A stretch of 58,694 nucleotides of DNA from assembly GCA_016783155.1 (NCBI GenBank), contig JADHXB010000002.1:1-58694 (forward strand), given 5' to 3'. Below are positions 51,571-58,694 of the stretch, piece by piece (positions within the stretch are counted from its first letter, which is position 1; every line of letters begins with the position of its first letter). Source of the stretch: Dehalococcoidia bacterium (lineage in GTDB: Bacteria > Chloroflexota > Dehalococcoidia > GIF9 > UBA5629). The notes under the pieces are model-generated. The model saw only the letters and a list, made by a program, of their open reading frames with translations, searched no databases and had not been told where the DNA came from. The translations under genes were made by a program, and so were the position numbers.

Positions 51571-52749
51571 ATGCAAAGCTCAGCCATAATCAGATTAGTG
51601 ATTCTAACCATACTGGTATCATGCACAATGGCGTCAGCCTTGAGCATGATACCAGCCAGTGCTCAATCACCCTGCGAATGGACAGAGTATGGCAATAATC
51701 CGGTATTTGGCCAATGGCCGCCCGGTGGCGCCAAAGCTTATTATCCTAAAGTCATCTATGATGCTAACCAGTTCTCCGGGCACGGCGACAATGCCGCAGT
51801 CTCAGTTAATGTCATACAATGTGGTGGTGTCGGAGGTGGTAGTTTACCCCCAGCATACGCTGCCTGCCCAATAACACTGGCTGCAGATATGCAGGGGCAA
51901 ATAACCACAGTCAGAGCGACCAAGGACGGAGTGCTCTGTACAACCTGCGTGGCAAAGGACGCTTCAGGCAAATATACGCTTCAGCTCGATGAAGGCACCA
52001 AAGTAACCTCCGCTGACAATACAGTGCCACTGATATTGAGATTCCGAGAGACATCCGCCAGACCTCCAACTCCGGAAAACACCATAATAGTCGGGCCAGT
52101 CTACGAGGTCAATGCCTATTCCTCTATACCCCCAACAACGCCATCGCCTGTCACCATCTCACCACCAGCCAGGCTGATTTTGACCTACGAGCCCGATGAG
52201 CTACCCAAGAACACCTCGGAGGTGTTTATCGCCAATTACGATACCGAAGAAGGCTGGATGGCATTGGCATCAGGGCCAGGTGCTGTCGCCGAGGTCGGAA
52301 GAGCACAATGCCTGCTAAATCACCTCTCGCTTTTCGCTGTCTTAGCCAAGGTTACAGAGCCAGAGCCAGCTAAATTTGAGGTGAGCAATCTGACCATCAG
52401 CCCATCCCAGGCTCAGATCAACCAGGAGGTTACCATCAGCCTTAACGTGGCTAACACCGGCAGAAAAAGTGGAGACTACAATCTAGAGCTAAAAGTCGAC
52501 GGCACAGCTATGTCAACCAAGCAAGTAACCGTTGCCCCCGGGACAAGCCAAACGGTGAACTTAACCGTAACTGAAGATACTGCCGGCAAGCACCAGGTAG
52601 AAGTAGCTGGCCTAGGTGGCGAATTTGAAATAGTTAAGACAGCCAAGACATCTCAAATCAACTGGTGGCTTATCGGCAGCATCACGGGCGCAATACTGTT
52701 GATAATCATAGGGTTAATTGCCTGGAGAAGACAGCCTAGAGGCTACTAA
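51571..52749 (+). CDS. Paralog of 50070..51506 with a different N-terminal module
   Basis: From LPPAYAACP to the TM anchor it is collinear and indel-free with the previous gene, at a constant offset of 1315 nt. The N-terminal 85 aa are unrelated (CEWTEYGNNPVFGQW...). Confidence 0.7.
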   Translation: MQSSAIIRLVILTILVSCTMASALSMIPASAQSPCEWTEYGNNPVFGQWPPGGAKAYYPKVIYDANQFSGHGDNAAVSVNVIQCGGVGGGSLPPAYAACPITLAADMQGQITTVRATKDGVLCTTCVAKDASGKYTLQLDEGTKVTSADNTVPLILRFRETSARPPTPENTIIVGPVYEVNAYSSIPPTTPSPVTISPPARLILTYEPDELPKNTSEVFIANYDTEEGWMALASGPGAVAEVGRAQCLLNHLSLFAVLAKVTEPEPAKFEVSNLTISPSQAQINQEVTISLNVANTGRKSGDYNLELKVDGTAMSTKQVTVAPGTSQTVNLTVTEDTAGKHQVEVAGLGGEFEIVKTAKTSQINWWLIGSITGAILLIIIGLIAWRRQPRGY

Positions 52750-52837
52750 CCTCTGTAAAGTATATAGTTCATTCCTGCTCTGGGCGAGGCATAAGCCTCG
52801 CCCAGCATATTTTAATTCTCCACGAGTGTTCATTAAC

Positions 52838-52934
52838 CTGTCACTCTGAGCAAAGCGAAGAGTCTCCAGATTCTTCAGTCGCGGAGTTTACCCTGCGTCG
52901 GATTCTTCGGTCGCTCCGCTCCCTCAGAATGACA
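52838..52934. repeat. Repeat family A, full element with ggagtttaccctg core
   Basis: ctgtcactctgagcaaagcgaagagtctccagattcttcagtcgcggagtttaccctgcgtcggattcttcggtcgctccgctccctcagaatgaca. Confidence 0.75.
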
Positions 52935-53017
52935 AAAAGAATTGCTAAACACTCTGATCTCGTTCAGATAGATGGGTGATACTTTAGGTGATTCTGCCAT
53001 GGAGCGACAGCTTACCG

Positions 53018-53130
53018 CGTCATTGCGAGCCGAAGGCGTGGCAATCTCATTGCAATTGTCGAGGCTGCTAAATTGGAGCGCCGACCTTACCTGGAGATTG
53101 CCACGTCGCTATCGCTCCTCGCAATGACAG
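53018..53130. repeat. Repeat family B, full palindromic element
   Basis: cgtcattgcgagccgaaggcgtggcaatctc ... gagattgccacgtcgctatcgctcctcgcaatgacag. Confidence 0.75.
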
Positions 53131-53209
53131 AAAAATCATGGCGTCACCAATGTACTTGACGAGTACAATTACTTGTCGGCTATCTTTCGCCACGCTATAA
53201 TTAGATGCC

Positions 53210-54322
53210 ATGCGTTATCGGCGTTTGATAGCTAAGTTCGGCACCAACCTGCTCACCGGTGGTACTGACCACCTCGAGCCTAATATTATGTCAAGTCTCG
53301 CAGAGCAGGTGGCTCAGCTTCACCAGCAAGGCCACGAGATAATCATCGTGTCCTCAGGAGCCGTTGCCGCCGGCAGACAAAAATTGGTCACATCCAAAGA
53401 ACGAAAAACCATCCACTTCAAGCAAGTCCTCGCCTCCGTAGGACAAAGTCAGCTTATGAATGTCTATGAGCAGCTCTTCAGTCAGTACAATATAATCGTA
53501 GCTCAGGCGCTCCTGACCAGGTCTGACCTGATTGACCGCGCTGGCTATTTGAACGCCCGCAACACACTGCTAGCCTTGCTTGAATTGGGCGTGATTTGCA
53601 TCGTGAACGAGAACGACGTCGTCGCCACAGATGAACTCGGTGAGCTTACCTTCGGAGATAATGACAACCTTTCAGCCATGGTGGCTAATCTGGTAGATGC
53701 CGACCTTCTGGCACTGCTCACCGACATTGACGGTCTGTATACTGCTGACCCGCAGCTTAATCCTCAAGCCAGGCTTATCCCCAGGGTCGAAAAGATAGAT
53801 GCCGAGATCGAGCGCCTGGGCGGCGACACTGCCAGCTCCTGCGGCGTCGGTGGCATGATAACCAAACTCGAGGCTGCCAAACTAGCGACGGCTTCAGGAG
53901 TAACCGTGGTTATCGCTAATGGACGGAAGCCCGATGTCCTGAAGCAAATCGCACTTGAACAAAGCATTGGCACCATATTTCCATCACGAACCAGCAAGCT
54001 GGAGAGCAAGAAACGCTGGATGCTGAGCCGGCTTGCCTGCAAGGGGAAATTGATAATCGACGATGGTGCCGTCCTAGCCCTCAAGAAGCAGAACCGTAGC
54101 CTGCTTCCAGCCGGGGTTGTCGGTATGGAAGGTGAATTCGAGCGTGGCGACGTCGTGGATATTTTCGACTCGAAAGGCAGCCAAATCGGCTGCGGCATAC
54201 CTAACTACAGCTCACAGGATATCACTAGAATCAAAGGCGCCCAGTCTGAGACAATCACAAGCCTTCTCGGCTACGAATACGGCACCGAGGTGATACACCG
54301 GAATAATATGGTGCTCATATAA
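53210..54322 (+). CDS. proB: Glutamate 5-kinase with C-terminal PUA domain
   Basis: It has VSSGAVAAG, FGDNDNLSA, TDIDGLYTADP and a PUA-like C-terminus. Confidence 0.9.
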   Translation: MRYRRLIAKFGTNLLTGGTDHLEPNIMSSLAEQVAQLHQQGHEIIIVSSGAVAAGRQKLVTSKERKTIHFKQVLASVGQSQLMNVYEQLFSQYNIIVAQALLTRSDLIDRAGYLNARNTLLALLELGVICIVNENDVVATDELGELTFGDNDNLSAMVANLVDADLLALLTDIDGLYTADPQLNPQARLIPRVEKIDAEIERLGGDTASSCGVGGMITKLEAAKLATASGVTVVIANGRKPDVLKQIALEQSIGTIFPSRTSKLESKKRWMLSRLACKGKLIIDDGAVLALKKQNRSLLPAGVVGMEGEFERGDVVDIFDSKGSQIGCGIPNYSSQDITRIKGAQSETITSLLGYEYGTEVIHRNNMVLI

Positions 54323-54332
54323 AGGGGACGAT

Positions 54333-55607
54333 ATGCAATCTGCGATAACTGAACTGGAAGAAAAAGGCAAAGCGGCTAAGGCGGCTTCAAAAAAGCTTGC
54401 CTCCTTGCCTACCGAAGTCAAGAACAGAGCCATACTCGGCATCGCCGACGCGCTCGGGGCCAGACAGAACGAAATTCTAGCCGCCAACAGCCAGGACTAT
54501 AATGAGTCCGAAGCTTCCGGTATGAGTGCAGCTATGCTTGACCGTCTGATGCTGAATCCAAGTCGGCTTGAGGGCATAGCCAATGATGTGAGAACCGTAG
54601 CCGCCCTGGCTGACCCGGTAGGTGAGGTGATTGAAAAGCGCACCTTGCCCAACGGTCTCCATCTCAGCAAGAAGCGCGTACCGCTTGGCGTCATCGGCGC
54701 CATCTACGAGAGCCGCCCCAATGTCACTGTGGACATCTCTGTGTTATGCCTTAAATCAGGCAATGCCGTCATTCTTCGCGGCGGCAAGGAGGCACTACGC
54801 TCCAATCTGGCTCTGGCTAAGGTTGTTCAAGAGGCCGCTTACAAAGCCGGTGTGCCACAGGGCTCTGTGCAGATTATAGAATCAACGGACAGGGCTCTGG
54901 TCGACTATATGCTTAAGATGAAGGGCACTATAGACCTAATAATTCCTCGCGGTGGCACCGGCCTGATCAAGTCTGTTGCTGAAAACGCCGCCATGCCTGT
55001 AGTTACCGGCGGTATTGGCGTCTGCCATACATACGTGGACAAAAACGCTGACTTAAACAAGGCGGTAGCCATCGCCTATAACGCCAAGGTTCAACGGCCT
55101 ACTGTTTGCAATGCTCTGGATACCCTCCTGGTTCATACTGAAATCGCTCCACGGTACTTGCCTTTAATTGCCCAGGAATGGGCAAAGGCTAGTGTGGAAA
55201 TGCACTGCGATAAGCGCGCTTTAACCATTCTCAAGCCGATTACTTCCCTCAAACTCGTTCCGGCAAAAGCTGATGACTGGGGCAAAGAGTTTCTGGCCTT
55301 GATTGCGGCGATTAAGGTTGTCGATTCGCTGGACGAGGCGTTAGAGCACATAGAACACTACGGCTCAGGGCATTCTGAGGCTATAGTTACCGAGGATAAA
55401 TCGGCGGCGGCACGCTTTCTTAACGAAGTGGATGCCGCCTGCGTCTATGCCAATGCCAGCACCCGCTTCACCGATGGCAGCCAGTTCGGCCTGGGCGCTG
55501 AAATAGGCATAAGCACGCAAAAGTTCCATGCCCGCGGCCCTATGGCACTAAGGGAGTTGACCAGCTACAAGTGGCTTATTGTTGGCGATGGACATGTTCG
55601 GCCTTAA
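54333..55607 (+). CDS. proA: Gamma-glutamyl phosphate reductase
   Basis: It has [27 protein letters not shown] and [11 protein letters not shown] motifs. Confidence 0.9.
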   Translation: MQSAITELEEKGKAAKAASKKLASLPTEVKNRAILGIADALGARQNEILAANSQDYNESEASGMSAAMLDRLMLNPSRLEGIANDVRTVAALADPVGEVIEKRTLPNGLHLSKKRVPLGVIGAIYESRPNVTVDISVLCLKSGNAVILRGGKEALRSNLALAKVVQEAAYKAGVPQGSVQIIESTDRALVDYMLKMKGTIDLIIPRGGTGLIKSVAENAAMPVVTGGIGVCHTYVDKNADLNKAVAIAYNAKVQRPTVCNALDTLLVHTEIAPRYLPLIAQEWAKASVEMHCDKRALTILKPITSLKLVPAKADDWGKEFLALIAAIKVVDSLDEALEHIEHYGSGHSEAIVTEDKSAAARFLNEVDAACVYANASTRFTDGSQFGLGAEIGISTQKFHARGPMALRELTSYKWLIVGDGHVRP

Positions 55608-56332
55608 TCAAGCTCTGCCAAAGCCGCCTTCTGGATTTTGAATAACTGCTTGATGCCCTTTTCAGCAAGTGCGAGCAAAGCATCAATGGTCTCTTTGGAA
55701 AAAGGCGCGCCTTCGGCTGTGCCTTGAAGCTCAACAAACTCGCCCTTGTCAGTCATAACCACATTAAAGTCCACAGCCGCCCGGTAGTCTTCCTCATAGC
55801 AGAGGTCAAGAAGCTCTTCCCTACCCATAATGCCAACACTGGTAGCAGCTACCACCCCATTCAACGGAACTGATGCTAATGTGCCTTGCTTCTTCAAGTT
55901 ATGCAATGCCACAAATAAAGCCACATAGCCCCCGGTTATAGCTGCGGTCCGAGTACCGCCATCAGCCTGCAATACATCACAGTCCACAGTAAGGGTTCTT
56001 TCACCCAAAGCCACAAGGTCGGTAACAGCCCTCAAGCTACGACCGATAAGACGTTGGATTTCTTGATTTCTACCGGCTATCCTCTCAGGAGAGATGCCCC
56101 GCGGAGTGCGAGTGAGCGTAGAACGAGGCAGCATGGCATATTCAGCAGTAACCCAACCAATGCCTTCACCTTTGAGGAAGCGGGGAACCTTCTCCTCCAC
56201 GCTCACAGCACAGAGCACTCTGGTACGCCCTAATTCTATCAATGCCGAGCCTTCAGCAAAAGCCTGATAGCCCAGGCTGATACTCGCTGGGCGAAGCTCA
56301 TCATTAGCACGACCGTCTACTCGTTTCATCAA
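55604..56332 (-). CDS. rph: Ribonuclease PH
   Basis: It has [25 protein letters not shown] and [14 protein letters not shown] motifs. Confidence 0.9.
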   Translation of the reverse strand: MMKRVDGRANDELRPASISLGYQAFAEGSALIELGRTRVLCAVSVEEKVPRFLKGEGIGWVTAEYAMLPRSTLTRTPRGISPERIAGRNQEIQRLIGRSLRAVTDLVALGERTLTVDCDVLQADGGTRTAAITGGYVALFVALHNLKKQGTLASVPLNGVVAATSVGIMGREELLDLCYEEDYRAAVDFNVVMTDKGEFVELQGTAEGAPFSKETIDALLALAEKGIKQLFKIQKAALAELD

Positions 56333-56410
56333 AACCCCTGCCTCGCTTTCTAATCAACCCAGTATAGCATCGACTTGTCTAGCTTAACAAGGCTAAACGT
56401 GGAGAGTTTT

Positions 56411-56530
56411 TGTCATTGCGATGGATATACGCCCTGAAGCCATCCCTGGGATTGCCACGCGGAGTTTACCCTGAGCGAGAGATTCTTCGCTTGCGCTCAG
56501 AATGACAAGGAGCGAATGGCTTGCAATGAC
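56411..56530. repeat. Composite of repeat families B and A
   Basis: tgtcattgcgatgg...gggattgccacgcggagtttaccctgagcgagagattcttcgcttgcgctcagaatgaca...gcaatgaca. Confidence 0.7.
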
Positions 56531-56588
56531 ATTCGCTACCAGCATTCCTTGACACCCTCTAGGTGGCGGTGATAGACTCCAAAGGCAA

Positions 56589-57416
56589 ATGAAACGGGTT
56601 GGCATTTTATATCACCCCAAGATTGAGAAGGCTAAGGCATTCAGTCAGGAGCTGGAGAAGTTTCTGAAAGCCAGTGACATTCTCCCCTGGACATGCTCAG
56701 CCTGGGAAGAGGATAAGGCGAAGCCCCAGATAGCTGATTCGGAGTTAATGCTGAGTATCGGCGGCGATGGCACCATCCTGCGTACAGTCCGAGCCGTTAT
56801 TCCACATGCAGTGCCTATCGTAGGCATAAATCTGGGGAACTTGGGATTTATGACCGAACTTAAAGCTGATGAGGCTTTTGAGAAGCTACCTCGGCTGCTG
56901 GATGGTGATGGTTGGATTGAGGAGAGGTCGATGCTGGAAGCTGAGGTGCTGTCTCAGGCCAAGGTTTTTAACGTGCTGAACGATGTTTTTGTGGGACGTA
57001 GGAACTCAGCTCGGCTGGTTCAGATTGAAACCAAAGTTGATGGCGAAGTTCTGGCGACCTATCGGGCTGACGGCGTTATAGTGGCTACGGCAACTGGAAG
57101 CACCAGTTACTCACTGGCGGCTGGCGGGCCCATTCTTTATCCACAGGCTAAGGAAATCATATTCAAGCCTGTTTGCCCTCATCTGGCTCTGGACAGAGCT
57201 GTGGTTCTACCGGCTGAAGCCGAAATCCAGATAAAGGTGACTACCACACACGAAGCTATGCTCAGCATTGACGGACAGGTAGAGATGCCACTGCGTAGCG
57301 GGGATGAAGTAAAGGTGAAGCGTAGCCTTCATGTGGCCCGGTTCTTGAGAATTCGCCCTAAGGCTTATTTTTATAGCTATCTAGAGTTAAGGCTCAAAGG
57401 AAAGGGAAGTGTTTAA
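56589..57416 (+). CDS. nadK: NAD kinase
   Basis: It has the GGDGT motif (IGGDGTILR), NLGNLGF and ATGSTSYSLAAGGP. Confidence 0.9.
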   Translation: MKRVGILYHPKIEKAKAFSQELEKFLKASDILPWTCSAWEEDKAKPQIADSELMLSIGGDGTILRTVRAVIPHAVPIVGINLGNLGFMTELKADEAFEKLPRLLDGDGWIEERSMLEAEVLSQAKVFNVLNDVFVGRRNSARLVQIETKVDGEVLATYRADGVIVATATGSTSYSLAAGGPILYPQAKEIIFKPVCPHLALDRAVVLPAEAEIQIKVTTTHEAMLSIDGQVEMPLRSGDEVKVKRSLHVARFLRIRPKAYFYSYLELRLKGKGSV

Positions 57417-57418
57417 TT

Positions 57419-57532
57419 GTCATCCTGAGCGCTAGCAGAGGGTCTGGATTCTTCGCGGAGTTTATCCTGAGCCAGATCCTTCGGTCGCTTCGCTTCCTCA
57501 GGATGACAGCGGCGAAGGGCTCAGAATGACAG
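57419..57532. repeat. Repeat family A, full element plus extra arm
   Basis: gtcatcctgagcgctagcagagggtctggattcttcgcggagtttatcctgagccagatccttcggtcgcttcgcttcctcaggatgacag...ctcagaatgacag. Confidence 0.75.
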
Positions 57533-57562
57533 CAGGAGTATAAGCAGCCTTAAAGGAAAGAT

Positions 57563-58027
57563 ATGATGAAGGTAGAGAAAGCGAAAATAAATGATGTCCA
57601 GCGTATACATGAACTGGTGAATAGCTTCGCCGATAAGGGTGAGATGCTGCCTCGAGCATTGAGCGAGATGTATGAGAACCTGCGCGATTTCTTCGTCATC
57701 AGGGATAGAGATAAAAAGGTTATCGGCTGTGTTGCCATTCATATTACCTGGGCTGATTTATCTGAGATTAAGTCTCTGGCAGTGAGCGACGATAAACAGG
57801 CCAAGGGCTTAGGCTCGATACTTGTTGAAGCCTGCCTCAATGAAGCCAAGGAATTGGGGATTCCTACAGTCTTTTGCCTGACCTACAAGCCGGCTTTCTT
57901 CGAAAGGCATAATTTTCACCAGGTTGACAAGATGGAATTGCCGCGAAAGGTGTGGTCTGAATGCTATCGCTGTCCCAAGTTTCCCGATTGCGATGAGGTG
58001 GCTCTTATCTATCGATTTGAGAAGTGA
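57563..58027 (+). CDS. GNAT-family N-acetyltransferase (short N-acetylglutamate-synthase-like)
   Basis: 154 aa. The acetyl-CoA-binding pattern is LAVSDDKQAKGLGSILVEA. The C-terminal Cys cluster is ECYRCPKFPDC. Confidence 0.75.
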   Translation: MMKVEKAKINDVQRIHELVNSFADKGEMLPRALSEMYENLRDFFVIRDRDKKVIGCVAIHITWADLSEIKSLAVSDDKQAKGLGSILVEACLNEAKELGIPTVFCLTYKPAFFERHNFHQVDKMELPRKVWSECYRCPKFPDCDEVALIYRFEK

Positions 58028-58035
58028 GAAGTGAG

Positions 58036-58569
58036 ATGGAGAAGACTTTATCCAGCCAGCAGATTTACGATGGCCGGGCGGTAAAACTAAGAGTTGACAC
58101 GGTGCTGAAGCCTAACGGCAAGACTACCACCAGGGAAATTGTTGAGCATAGCGATTGTGTGGCGGTGGTGGTTCTAGATTCTAAGGACAGAGTCATCTTA
58201 GTTCGTCAATATCGCAAAGCTGTAGGCAAAACTCTCTTGGAAATTCCGGCTGGCGGCATTGACCCAGGTGAACAGCCGATCGCCAGTGTTCGACGTGAGC
58301 TACAGGAGGAGATAGGCTATTTGCCAAATAAGATAGATAAGCTTGGTGGTTTCTATGCAGCTCCCGGCTATTGCACCGAGTATCTGCACCTGTATCTGGC
58401 TACGCATCTGACACCTAGCCGCCGCGAGGCTGAAGATACTGAGGATATTGAGGTAGTTCGAGTACCTTTATCCCGGATACCTGACCTTATTGCTTCGGGG
58501 GAAATCTGCGATGCCAAGAGTGTAGCCGGGCTGCTTAGAGTTATCTCGCTCGGGCTAAAGGGCAGCTAG
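58036..58569 (+). CDS. NUDIX hydrolase (ADP-ribose pyrophosphatase-like)
   Basis: The Nudix box is GGIDPGEQPIASVRRELQEEIGY. The start could be the ATG at 58036 or the GTG at 58024. Confidence 0.85.
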   Translation: MEKTLSSQQIYDGRAVKLRVDTVLKPNGKTTTREIVEHSDCVAVVVLDSKDRVILVRQYRKAVGKTLLEIPAGGIDPGEQPIASVRRELQEEIGYLPNKIDKLGGFYAAPGYCTEYLHLYLATHLTPSRREAEDTEDIEVVRVPLSRIPDLIASGEICDAKSVAGLLRVISLGLKGS

Positions 58570-58608
58570 ACGCCTATAATAGAAACCAGCTAACAAACAC
58601 TCCCTCAT

Positions 58609-58694
58609 GTCATTCTGAGCGAAGCGAAGAATCTAAAGTTACCCTTACTAGATTTCCTAACGGGATTCTTCGGTCGCTCTGCTCCCTCAGAATG
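58609..58694. repeat. Repeat family A, full element (runs into the window edge)
   Basis: gtcattctgagcgaagcgaagaatc...gggattcttcggtcgctctgctccctcagaatg. Confidence 0.75.

Overview
This is a bacterial chromosomal window: it has RF2 with the programmed +1 frameshift, SecDF, an F1Fo ATP synthase operon, RNase PH and S16. Gene content points to an anaerobic, Chloroflexota/Dehalococcoidia-like organism, but that is inference only. No rRNA, tRNA, CRISPR array, transposase or integrase was recognised.

Layout:
- (a) 1-10.4 kb holds two tandem heterodisulfide-reductase/Mvh modules. In the first (hdrC'-hdrB-hdrA-mvhD), hdrA and mvhD each carry one in-frame TGA exactly where the second module has Cys. 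The second module is hdrD-like-hdrA-mvhD-mvhG-mvhA-protease. I read the first as selenocysteine isoforms, each with a downstream SECIS-like hairpin.
- (b) 10.4-15.3 kb, minus strand, is an acetate/formate module: an FNT channel, acetyl-CoA synthetase and a cNMP-binding protein. An about 80-aa domain ending ...QEKW occurs three times here, twice as standalone 108-aa proteins and once fused to the C-terminus of the FNT channel.
- (c) 15.4-22 kb holds a NarL-type two-component system, nadC, a Fur-family regulator with an ECF Co/Ni transporter, and dtd.
- (d) 22-30 kb holds a bifunctional-nuclease homologue with a large insertion and the atp operon. The operon includes an unannotated 36-codon hydrophobic ORF between atpE and atpF.
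- (e) 30-43.7 kb is housekeeping: KH protein, rpsP, nfi, prfB, MA-type peptidase, radC, orphan SBP, CDF, HDAC-like, secDF, cca and an S8 protease.
- (f) 43.7-53.2 kb is an accessory-looking cell-surface island. It has a small excisionase-family HTH gene and five secreted or C-terminally anchored proteins in two paralogous pairs. Two of them are preceded by a duplicated module of promoter, conserved hairpin and intrinsic terminator (a candidate new cis-regulatory RNA or sRNA), and by repeated upstream sites.
- (g) 53.2-58.7 kb holds proBA, rph, nadK, a GNAT and a NUDIX hydrolase.

From 37 kb onward, intergenic regions are packed with several families of short palindromic repeat elements.
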